A DNA stretch of 64,000 bases, taken from Cycas panzhihuaensis (Eukaryota > Plantae > Cycadophyta). The DNA lies in the NCBI GenBank assembly GCA_023213395.1, contig CM041465.1, forward strand, positions 252,037,741 through 252,101,740. The letters are read 5' to 3'. The notes beneath the pieces are model-generated. The model was not told the DNA's origin and did no database searches. It was given only the letters and a program-made list of their open reading frames with translations. A program made the translations under genes and the position numbers. Shown here in pieces: positions 26,046-37,714 of this stretch (the stretch's first letter is position 1; every line of letters begins with the position of its first letter).

Positions 26046-26413
26046 TGTGCTCGTAAGTATGAAAAATGCTGCAGCAACAGAAGCTAAATGCAGAATAGAT
26101 GAAGTGAAAATGATAGACAGTAATAATAAAATAATATAGCAAAGGTCACAATAATGTAGAGGATGAAAGAATAACAGAATGAATAACAATAATGATTTTG
26201 ATTGTCCCTCTTTGAGGCAAGGGCACCTTGAGGTAATGTCATCTCTTTCCAAAAAACAATGAACAAATTATCCAAGGAACTGTCCCTGAACTGGAAATAA
26301 TACAACCCTTATATGTGCATAATCAAAATTATTAAATGATCTATAATAAGTCAGCTGTTAATATTTAATATGATAATTTGCCAATCATCATATTAATTTA
26401 TTATCTTTTGACA
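26046..26413 (-). mobile_element. Old LTR remnant, same orientation as PHL
   Basis: 26140-26223 aligns with 54530-54614 of another LTR (AATAACA.AATGAATAACAA.AATG..TTTG.TTGTCCCTCTT.GA..CAAGGG). TGTCA..GCACA ends on minus. TATA-like TATAAG at ~26309-26314. No TSD recognisable. Confidence 0.6.
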
Positions 26414-26607
26414 TCATTTTCCATGTTGCTTCTTCTAAGGTCAGCCTCCATGTGAAATGGGAATGCAACAATTGCCTACTTACTTGACATGCTTGGCCCT
26501 CAAAGCAAGTTTTGAACTTAAGCTTAAACGAATGCCATGGAACCACTCAAATGACTCTATGTTGCTTGTTTGATTCCCACTTGCATCCTTCTGCTTTATA
26601 CATCTCT

Positions 26608-29600
26608 TGTAAGAATAGCTTGGTTCACGCTTCACAAGGCAAAGTTATAATGCACATTTGTGCAATTAATTTTATTATAATGTTGGTATTTTGTGGTGGG
26701 TCCCACACACAGCCAAGTTGTGTATTATAAATACGCACCCAATGTATCATATTGATATATCAGATTCTTATGGTCTTAATCCAAGTTAAGGTACCTTTAG
26801 GGTAGCATTGTGATCTTGGTGCTTCTTGTTTTTTTAATTTGTGCATTATTATTTTCTATCAATTTCATTTTTCTACATGGTATCAAAGCAAGGTTATGCA
26901 AGTATGCCATATTGCCAATGAGGGTTTGCCATCATTGAGGTGTTGTTGAAGTTGCCAATATTACTGTTAGGGTTTGAAGTTCGCAAGTACACAATTTGCC
27001 CATTGTGTCAATGAGGTGACCACAATTTGTCATTGTGAGGAGGTGGCTCTGTAGAGCCTGTTTGCCATTTGTGAATATGTGAGGGTGAAACCCTAAGCTA
27101 TTGGCACCCCATTGCATTGTGTGGTCCTTGTACCTATGTGGTTTGTGTGAGAGATGTACCTGTTTCATTTTGTTGAAGGTCATTTGAACCCATTCTAGTC
27201 TATTGGTTTCGTTTTGCCCTTGTTTGTCTCTGTTTTAGGTGTCGTGTGGTTCATAGTTCTGTTTGTTGTGATGCCTCTGTTTGGTTTGTGTGCCTACATA
27301 CCTAATTAGTGCATCATTATCGTCATTGTTTGTGCTTGCATTGTACCATTGTGGAGTCATCCCTGTTTTGTTCGTTGTCATGAGGTTGTAACACACCTGT
27401 TATATAATCCTCCATTTTGTTTAAGACATGAAGATCTGATGTTACACACTTGTATTCGCCTTTGTTGAAATTTGTGCACTGCCATCTCTATTGAAGATCT
27501 GCCGTGAAGAACTTGCATCCCACTATCGTTGATGCACCTTTTGTTCGTGGTTCTGGTCGCCATCAATATTCACTGTGCATGATCGTTTTGTGAAAGCCAT
27601 CGAGTGCTTGTTCATCATCCACCACAATTTTTATTTGCTTTCATTCGCGTGAAGAGGAGGAAATTTGATCGTTGAAGTATACACAAATTTTGGATTTCAA
27701 TCAATTTTGATCGGATTTCATTATTTTCGATCAACTATTTATCATCTACAATCGATTTTTCCAATAGAACAATCACTCGTTGACCAAAATCCACATGCAC
27801 AAGTTTGATATTTGACATAGGTTGTTTTTGTCTAAAATTTTGCAACATTAAGTTCAATTGGATAAAATTTAGATTATGGTCGCTAACCCCTTTTCATGTT
27901 AGCAGAAGGTCACATGCAACCTTCATATGACCAACGACTAACCAATGAAGGGTGTTAAACCCTAATTCATCTAATTTTCATTTTTTCAAAAAGGTACTTG
28001 TGCTTTTTAGTTAATATCTTGAGTTCCAAGACTTTGCTTGTCGAACCATCTAAACCCTTGGAATTCTAACTCAGAGACGGTCATTTTGGTATATGATTTG
28101 ATATATTTTGGTGTGGTTTTCATAAAGAATTTTTAGTCCAAAGTTGAGCCTCTGTACTGGATCCATGCGTAGTAACTGAACAAAATTTTTTTCTGCACCT
28201 TCTACATCATTTCTTTGCCTATTTGTTAACCCTAGGGCAACTTAATTTTTAACCCTAGAAGGCAGTTTTTAAAGGAATTTGTTGTAATTTGCATATTGAG
28301 TCCTATAAAGGACTAGGAAGCAAAAGGAGGTCTTAAAATCAAGGGCAGGGTTGCTATCATCTTCTTAGACAGATCTATGTGACTATGTGCCCCATCTTGT
28401 GTGTACTTGACGTGATTTTTTGCATTATTAATTGTTCATTTGATCGGTATAATGGCTTCATATTAAGTACTCTTTGCTTTCCCCAAATTCAATGGAAAGA
28501 ATTGTTTAATGCAGTATAGGAAAATGCAAATTTCATTAATTGGTAGAGGTTTTTGGGACATAATGTCAAATAGTTTTACTCTTCCAACTCCAACTTCACT
28601 TGGTGCAAAATTGATTGCTGATCAACAAAAAGAGAAAACATAACTTGAAATGAAAGTCTACAGGAAGAAATACAGTCGCGTCTTCCAAGTAGAATAACTG
28701 CTAAGCAAGCTTGGGATATTTCAAAAATTGCTTATGAAGGTTCAAAAAGTGCAAGATTACAAACAATTAGAAGGAACTTTGACAACTTTAGAATGTTTGT
28801 TTCTAAGTCAATCCATGATTTTGTCACTAGAATTCAAAACCTAGTGAATTAAATGCAAACTCATGAGGAACAAATCTCAGAACAAGGAGTTGTAAAGAAA
28901 ATTCTAAGGTGTGCAGCTGAAATTAGCAAGTTTGAGAATGTTACAACAATCATAGAAGTCACTAGAGAGCTGTCTACACTCATGGTTGATCAACTTTTTG
29001 CATGCTACTCACAGTAGAGGAAAGAAAGCAAAGTTCCAATGAGAATTTAGAGCAAGCATTTGCCTCGACGTCACGTTTAAGGGGGAGATTTAGGAGACCG
29101 AATCCTCAAATCAATATGCATTCTCAAAATTTTCAAGCTTTAAGTTCTAAAAATGTTGAAAATTCAGGTAGAGGAAGATCTCGTGGAAGAAGCCCCATGA
29201 GTGGAAGAAGCCCCATGAGAGGAAGAGGAAATAACAGAGGAAGAGGTTTTGTGCCGACCTACTACAATTTTGGAATTCATGGACACTATTCAAATGAGTG
29301 TTATGGTAAAATAAATAATTTAGTGAATACATCTACAGAGAGGACTATAGAGAGCCCAAGGAATGAGAACCTGTTCTATACTAGTTCGAGTGCTCAAACA
29401 AAGAATGATGAATGGTACATAGATTCTAAACACTCTACTCACACGTCTTACAATGTTGACTTGTTTTCGAAGATTGAGGAAGATGAGAAGAAGAGGATAG
29501 TAGCCTTTGGAGACAATAATACTCAGGATGTCTAAGGACAAGGAGTGGTGCCACTTCAAACAAATTCAAGTGAGAACAAAAATATTCATAATGTGTTGTT

Positions 29601-32436
29601 TGTTCTTGGTTTGAAGAAGAATTTATTGTTTGTTGGTCAAATGATGGAACAAAAGTATAGAGTTATCTTTGATAATGGTGAATGTGAGATTAGAGATAAG
29701 GTGAGAAATCACATGTTGGTTGACAAAGTTAAAATAATAGAAGATAGATTGTTCATGTTAATCCTTTGTCCTCAAATTCAATCACTTAGTATTTCAATTG
29801 AAGATGAGAGTGTGTTATGGCATCATTAATATGGTCACCTAAATTATGGTGCTCTTGTCAATCTAAGAAGGAACAATATGGTAAGAGGACTTCCTTTCAT
29901 CAAAGGAAACAAAGATTTGTGTGAAGGCTGTGTTTATGGGAGGCAGCAAAGAGATTCATTTCCAGATTCTAAGCACCAATTTAGGCATCCTCTCGAGCTG
30001 ATACATATCGACTTGTGTGGACCAATGAAGATGCCATCCATTAGTAATGCCAAGTATTTTATGATCTTGGTAGATAATTATACAAGAAAATTTTGGGTGT
30101 ACTTTCTTAAGTAAAAATCAGAGACCACCTCGAAATTTGTCGAATTTAGAACTATGGCTAAGAGACAAAGTGGTTGTAAGTTGACAATCCTTCATTAGAA
30201 TAATGGGGAAAAGTTTATTTCTAATGACTTCAGAGAGTTTTGCAATAAAGTGGGAATTAGAAGGCAATTCTCAACACCTTATACTCCTTAACAAAATGGT
30301 GTTGTTGAGAGAAAGATAAGGACTATTGTAGAAATGGGTAGATGCATGCTTAAGACTAGAGAATTACATAATGAATTTTGGGTTGAAGCAGTAAATATTG
30401 TTATGTACTTGTTGAATATACGTCCCACTAAGGCCCTAATAAACTCAACTCCTAAAGAGGCTTGGACTGGATACAGGCTTGATGTCAGTAATTTGAAGGT
30501 CTTTGGTTGTGTAGCATATGCTTATGTTCCTACTGAAAGAAAAATGAAACCAGAGAGCAAGAGTGTGAAATCTATCTTTAGAGGCTACTCTAGTGAACAA
30601 AAAGCTTATTGTTTGTTTGACCCATTTGCAAGAAAGTTCTTTGTGAGTAGAGATGTCAAATTTGATGAACATGCTACATACAAAATTGATGCGTACAAAA
30701 GAAAACAAGTTATGATTAAGCCTATTCGATACATAAAAGGAGAGTCAAGTACTACTTCTAGCTCAAGTCCTAGTACAAGTCAAGAACAAGGTCCAAAAGT
30801 GTTCACAAGAAGCCATAATACGCCTACTTCAAGTGAAGATCCTAGCACAAGCACAAGTCAAGGTCCAAAATGGTTAGTGAAAAGTCACAGTACAAGTGAT
30901 CTGCTCGACACCAACTTTGAAAGAAGAAGAACAAGGTCTCAAGTGAGAGTGAACTATGCATTGATGACACAGGTGATGCAAAATGATGAAGCTCATATGA
31001 TTGCAGAAGCAGCTAATGATGAAAATTGGGTTCAAGACACGGAGGCTGAATTTGATGCTCTTGATGGGAACCAAACATGGGACATGTTGAAATTTATTTC
31101 TACTCCACATATCAAGCCACTTGAAGAAAAGCCAATGATTGTTGAAGATAAAAAACAAGTTTGAAAAGGTTGATGAACCTGTCATCCCATTTGTTCATTT
31201 CAAAAGACCAAAGCCTTAAGGCAATCAAGATTCTCAAGCAAATTTTTAAGAAACTATAGGTGATCAAGGTGATCAAGATTCTCAAGAAAATGCAAATGTT
31301 CATGTTGAGAAGGTATGTCAAAAACATGATGGAAAGGTATGTCAAGAGAACATGGTTGAAAATATTGTTGATGAATCTACTACTGAATGTGAAGAGGCTA
31401 CTATTGAATGCATTGTTGAATTTGATGAAACTATTGATGAGACTACTACAATTGAGTATATTCGAGTGTGATGAACCCGTTGTTGTTATTTGATGATTGT
31501 GATCAAGCAATTCAAGATGTCAAAGTTTCTTTACTCATTTCTATGGATGTTCCTGTTACTTCAAAGCATATTGTATTTGAGGTTGAAGATGAATCAAATT
31601 TACTTTTATCTATCAATGTAATCGATGATTCAAGTGATGTTCCTATTTCAAATACGAATTCAAATTTGAGTATGCAAATTTCAAGGGATGATTCTAATTA
31701 TTCAAATAATAAGAAAGATTTCCAAGTTGATGAAGATAAACAAATTGTGATTGAGACTGATCCAAGAGATATTCTTGATCCAAATTTTGATAAGAGAATG
31801 ACAAGATCTCAAGTGATTCAGAATGATGAACTTGAAGCAAATCACAAAGAAGTTGAAGCAAAAGTTCGTGAAATAGTTTATTCGAAAGAGATATTACAAG
31901 ATCTACATCAAAATCAAAATGAACTTACAGAGATTCAGTATGATAATCAAAACACTATACAAATGATGAAGAACTCAAATTTACAAAGAAAAATGAAGCA
32001 TATCAAGATCAATCATCATTACTACATTCAAGAGTTGATATAACAAAGGCAATTTGAAGATCAAATTGAAGACCAAGCTTCAGATATCATTTTCAAGACA
32101 TTTCTGGAGATCAAACATTGTAAATTCAAAGCAACATCAATGTTCCCAAGCGTGCATTATAGGGAAGTGTTAAAATAGCTTGATTCACACTTCACAAGGC
32201 AAAGTTATAATGCACATTTATGTAATTAATTTTATTATGATGGTGGTATTTTGTGGTGGGTCCCATGCATAGCCAAGTTGTGTATTATGAATACACACTT
32301 AATGTATCATATTGATATATTAGATTCTTATGGTCTTAATCCAAGTTAAGGTATCTTTAGGGTACTGTTGTGATCCTAGTGTTGTTTGTTTTTTTAATTT
32401 GTACATTATTATTTTCTGTTAATTTCATTTTCTACA
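26608..32436 (+). mobile_element. Complete but RT-lacking Ty1/copia element
   Basis: LTRs 26608-26877 and 32168-32436. Perfect TSD TCTCT. PBS TGGTATCAAAGC 26878-26889. PPT ~32160-32167. Contains gag (~28452-29535), PR, IN (29878-30700) and only the first RT motif (NQTWDML), then acidic filler, then an RNase H tail (DNQNTIQMMKN..KMKHIKINHHY). Confidence 0.93.
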
Positions 32437-32441
32437 TCTCT

Positions 32442-34977
32442 TTGTCATGATTGGTCTTGTAATTGGGTGTAAGCTATGGAGTCCTAGTTAAATCATTCAT
32501 TAGCTTGCCCTCCTTCCCTTAACTGCCACAGTGCTTGTATTTTTCTTGCAATGGTGACTACTCCTTTAGATCCTTTAGGTGCTTAACACCTATCAATGTG
32601 ACTTATTCACCTTGGTGTTTAAATTTGACAAATTTTCCTTGCAAGTTCATGAAGTACCCAAGGTCTACAACCAATGTGACCCTAACACCACTTGAACACC
32701 TTCAATAGCTACAACATAGAAACTAATCTAGAGAATAGCTTCCCTCATGCTTAATTTGACCTTATGACACATATGCTTCCCTTGGATGAATGCCTTGTTG
32801 TCTAGATGACTTGATAAATCTGCCTTCAACCTTGGGAGTATGCCTATATTGCTTGCAGTCTCTATATCTAACAAATTTTGAGCCATACTAGATCAATAAG
32901 AGTTGTTTTCACTTCTTCACTAATACACCCTTTTATCTTCAAGGCTTCCAATAGTTTCAACAATAACATTCTTGTAGGCCCATTTTGTAATGACACTACA
33001 ATATCTCTTGACTAAATAGTGTGTCTTGCAAATGGATTATATTTGTCTCTTGCTCTCTATACTCCAATTATTGATGATGGTGATATACTCTTGCCTATGG
33101 GGATTCCAATAACCCTGTCTTTCTTATTCTATGTTTAGCCACTATCAAGTTCTCCTAATTCCAAGTCCAATATGACAATTGTTGCTCTATCAAGATTCTC
33201 ATTCTTGTTCTCCTCTTCACCTTGAGCTATGAGTGCCTCACTCTTTATATAACAAACCATTACACCAAAGCCTCAAGGTGTTAGTGGAGATGGGCCCCCA
33301 TCAAGCAGACCGTTACCTCCCCCCGGGTCGAATAGGCTAGCCCCGCCTAGCCCCACTTTCACTGGTGCTCGTGCGCCCCACAGGCCTTAGCTACGACAGT
33401 GTTTTGTGCATCGGCGACACTTGGCACGTCACCTCGCAGCCCGCATAAGCGATGTTGCCCCTATAGGATTCAAACTCAGGTTTTGGCTTTGATACCACTT
33501 GTAACAAACCATTACACCAAAACCTCGAGGTGTTAGTGGAGAGGGGCCCCCACCAAGTAGACCATTACCTCCCCACGGGTCAAACGGGCTAGCCACACTT
33601 TCACCGACATTCATGTGCCCCACAGGCCTCAACTACGACAAAGTTCTTGTGTATCGACGATGTTTGGCCAATATACCCCACCTTGCCATTGATCCTATGT
33701 TCAATTCTACTACATGTAGTCATTATATCTACAGTCTTTGTGCTCCCTCTAATTTCTTTAAACGCTCTTCCATTAAGTTCCCTATCATGGGTGGCCAATG
33801 TATCCATGCTCCTAATAATTTCTATAAGTACTATTCCCTTAAATTTCTTTCCTCTAACTTGATGGCTTCCTTATGTTGTGAGGTGCCCATGTGGTACTTA
33901 ACTAACTCTGTGAGTTCATGTAATTTCCCACCAATTTTCACAAAGCTACCTATAAGCACCATGTTGTGATGGTTAAGATACATTTGAAATTATTCTAAAT
34001 GGAGGAGCACTTTTGCAAGGACCATTTCATGATGGTAGACCATGGAATAGTAATTCAGAAAAAAGCCTTCTAATAGCAACAATCCAAGATAATAGAAAAC
34101 AATGACTTCATGGCCTTTAATTAATCTTTATAAAGATGGGGTGACTATCATATAAAAAGAGAATTATTAAATATAGAATATCTTTGGAGAATATTCTAAG
34201 AAATATTCCATTTTAGATGTTTTCCTTGACTATGGTTAAGAAAAAACCCAAATATTTGAATGCTTTCGTATGCAAAGCTTAGTCCACAACAAAATTTCCA
34301 CAAAACTATATCAGTGGGCAACAGATATACCTCAGGTTTAGCAATCACAGCGTAGGCTAGGAGAAATCCTAAGGAACACGGGCTAGCCTGCCAAAGGAGA
34401 ACAAAGCTCGAGTAGCCACAACAAAGGGGCTAAAAATAGAGGACCAAAATGGAGGAGGCCACTGGAGCTAAATATTTGTGTGGGATTGAGGGAGAAGGAG
34501 GAAGAAGGGTTCAAAGTCACAAATTTCCCTATGAACTACCCCAAATACAAGTTGATGGGTTGCTTCGACTAAAAACTAGAAGAAAGCTAATGATGTGAAG
34601 GCATAGATTGAAAGGAAAAATTGGCATGTCACAATAGTACATAATACATTGTTGTAAAGTCTAGCAATGGTTGAGTAGGTAAGGTTTGAGCTTGACAAAG
34701 TAAAGCTTGGGAATATACAAGCATTGATGTAAATAAATTCAATTATCTAGGCAATGCATTGGTTAGTTAGAGAAATTTGAGGATATTGTTCAAATGGTTC
34801 CAATGGCCCCTTTCACAGATAGACAAATCTTAAAAACATGGTTCAATACGTGAGGGTGCTTCTTATTAGACTCTTAATAGTTGGCAAATGGTAGTTCAAA
34901 AGTGTACAGAGAAACTCCAACGCTACTCAAGCTAATGCTATGACCATCTATAAAAGAAATACTAAGCTATGATACCA
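32442..34977 (-). mobile_element. Decayed gypsy PBS-leader-gag-protease remnant (target of copia 26608-32436 and of the TRIM)
   Basis: Protease-region remnant VVLGSHWL*TLG at ~32690-32655. Gag-like remnants 33690-34000. PBS TGGTATCATAGC at 34966-34977. Probably continues at 26414-26607 (EEATW motif). Confidence 0.5.
33248..33690 (-). mobile_element. TRIM (miniature non-coding LTR element) in tandem arrangement, ~252-bp unit plus a partial second unit
   Basis: Direct repeat starting T(A/G)TAACAAACCATTACACCAAA at 33248 and 33500. PBS TGGTATCAAAGCC at 33485-33497. PPT-like GGGGGAG (plus-strand CTCCCCC) ~70 nt into each unit. GC-rich with no ORF. Confidence 0.75.
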
Positions 34978-34978
34978 T

Positions 34979-37559
34979 TGCTATAACAAAAAAAGTCAAA
35001 CACAAACTAAACAAAACAAAAATGACAAAGATAATAATAATAAAATAATATATCAAAGTTGCTACAATTCAAGAGGGGTCAATAGCACTAACATGCAACA
35101 TCTTGGTGGAAAAAATAATGAAAATTTGGCTAAATAAATAAGAACAAATACATTGAATTAAAATACAGTTGATCCAAAGGTAAATCTCCTATTAACTGAC
35201 CTCTTCAAGGTGAGGGGACCTCCTGAGCTGCAACTTGTAGATGCCACAAAAAAGAAAAACACAAATCCAATGATGATCTCTTCATCAAAGTCTTCTGTAA
35301 TTAAATAAAGAATTGTGTTGGGTGGACCTTAAGTCGATCACCCTATTTGGGAACATAACAAGCTACCCCCCTCCCCAATTGCCCCCCACCAAAAAAAAAA
35401 AACATGCTTTGTCCTCAAAGCATCAAAACTTGCAAGTTTGTTGTCATCACCCCTCATCTTCCCATGCCGTGTCATCGACTTCTATATCCTTCCATTTCAC
35501 TAAGTATTCATTGATTTGTTTTATATGCAATTACCACATCCCGATGTCGATGATGCCTTCAAGTCGCATGGCTAAGGATTCTTTTTCGTCTAACTCCAGT
35601 AGGGTTAGTTGAGGTGTAACCTTGTCCCCAATTTTCTTCCTTAAACAAGATATGTGAAAAATATTGTGCATCTAGCCTTCTAGTAGGTCAACTTGATAGG
35701 CTACTCCCCAAGTCCTCCTTTATACTTGGAATGGACCATTGAAGATGGCTTGTAGCTTTTGTTTTCCTACTTTCTTCATTGTCGACTATATATAGCATTG
35801 TAGTCTTAAAAATACCCAATCACCAACTTTGAATTGTCCTTCTAATTGATGTAGGTCTTGTTGTTGCTTCATTTTATTCCTTTTGGAGGCGAGATTGCCC
35901 TTGAGATTATGAAGGATTCTTTCCATCTATCCCTTGATGGTTGGGGCCTTGGACTACCTAACTACATGGATTAGAGATGGTGAGTCATATCCATATAGAG
36001 CCTCGAAGGGTGTCATCTGAGCTATGGAATGGTAGGTGGTGTTACACTACCATTTTGCCAAATGTGATCATCTACGCCAATGCGCCTATTTATCTACTGT
36101 GAAACACTTGAGCTAGCCTTCCAAACATTTATTCACGACCTTTGTTTAAGAGTGATATGCCATACTCATGGCTAACTTGATTCCAACTAAGTTGAATGTT
36201 TCTTTCCAGAAATTACTTATGAATTGGAATCACGATCACTTATAATGGGCTTGGGAAATCCATGTGGCAAGTGAATTTCTTTTACAAAAACATTAGCAAT
36301 TTGGCTAGCCTTAAATGTTGATTGTATCTCCCTAAAGTAAGCCTACTTCGTTAGCCTATGGACAACTAATAGTGTTGCATTTTTACCTTCTAAATTTGGC
36401 ACACCTATGATAAAATCCATGGAAATCTCCTCTGACTTCTGTTCTAGAATATGTAATGGTTAAAGGAGGCCAAGTATATTTATTGTTTCCCACTTGTTCT
36501 TTTGACATGTATCGCATTATGTCGTGTACTATTGGACATCCTTCAAGCAAAAAAATAATTGCTTAATATTGCGATGTGTCTTGTTGACCTCCACATGTCT
36601 GGCAATAAGTGCAACATGGCACACTTGGAGAATTGTTCCCTAACATTCTGAATTTGGTATTAAATAAACGCAATTCTTATATCAAAGGGTGTTGTTTTCC
36701 CCTTGAAACCTCTTGTCTTGTGCTAGTGTAATGGTTTGTACTTGTTGTATAACCTTTGAAGTTTGAAGTTCCCTTATATAATCTTATTAAACTTTTGTGA
36801 CCCATGCAAATGTTGCATGGCACAAAGGGATGTATCTTCTCCCCTCCTTGATAAATTGTATGTAACTACATTCTCTTTGCCCTTTCTATAAATTATCTCA
36901 AAATTAAAGGCTTATATTTTGCTTAACCATCTTTGCTACTCCTCTGACAAGGGTGGCTATTTCAAAAAATATTTAAGGTCGTCTTGATCTGTCTTGAATA
37001 AAATTTATTGCTGGTCAAATATTGCCGTCATTTTGAAATAGCGTGTATAATGGTCAACATTTCATTTTCATATATATGTTAGCACCTCTCCTTTCTCTTC
37101 AATTTTCTGCTCTCCAATGTAATGGGTTGATCATTCTACATTAGCACTACTCCTAACCAATCCTCTAATGCATCACATTCCAACACAAAAGGTTGTTCAC
37201 AATTCAAAGTTGTAAGTATTAGCAAGGTTGTCACAAGCTTCTTGAGGTCACTAAATGATTTCTCTATCTTGTCATTCCATTTGAATGTATCTTTCTTAGT
37301 CATGTTGAACAAAGTAGGTGTTGTGCAACTCTATCCTTTGATAAAATGTCTATAAAATCTTGTGACTCTCAAAAATCTTTTAACCTTTGATACACTCATC
37401 ACAATCAGTCAATCTAACATTGCTTGGATTTTACTTGGATCAACCTTGACTCCTTCCTTTGATAAGATGTGTCCTAGATATTCTACTTCCTATCTTCCAA
37501 AGGTGCACTTAACTTGATTTATGAAAAGAACATTATCTTGAACTGTTTGTAATACTTGC
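34979..37559 (-). mobile_element. Ty3/gypsy RT(C-term)-RH-IN fragment with PPT and LTR (34979-~35380)
   Basis: EYLGHILSKEGVKVDP at ~37490-37440. RH LECDALED. IN ISMDFIIG and W*CNTTYHSIAQMTPFEALYG. 3' end TTGAGGACAAAGCATG then G-tract. LTR shares sequence with 54235-54530. Confidence 0.85.
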
Positions 37560-37714
37560 CTCCTGCTATCTAGGACACATCCTGCTATCCTAGCATCCTG
37601 CCCAACCAAAATCCGAGAACCCTTCCAAAGTGAAGTTCTCATTATGCGTATAGTGTAGCCCATGTCGCAATGTTCCTTTTAAATATCTAAGTATCTGTTT
37701 TGGAGCATTCCAAT

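Noticed and set aside
33248-33690. Cassandra (5S-bearing TRIM) identity
   Set aside because: No visible match to 5S rRNA A/C-box sequence
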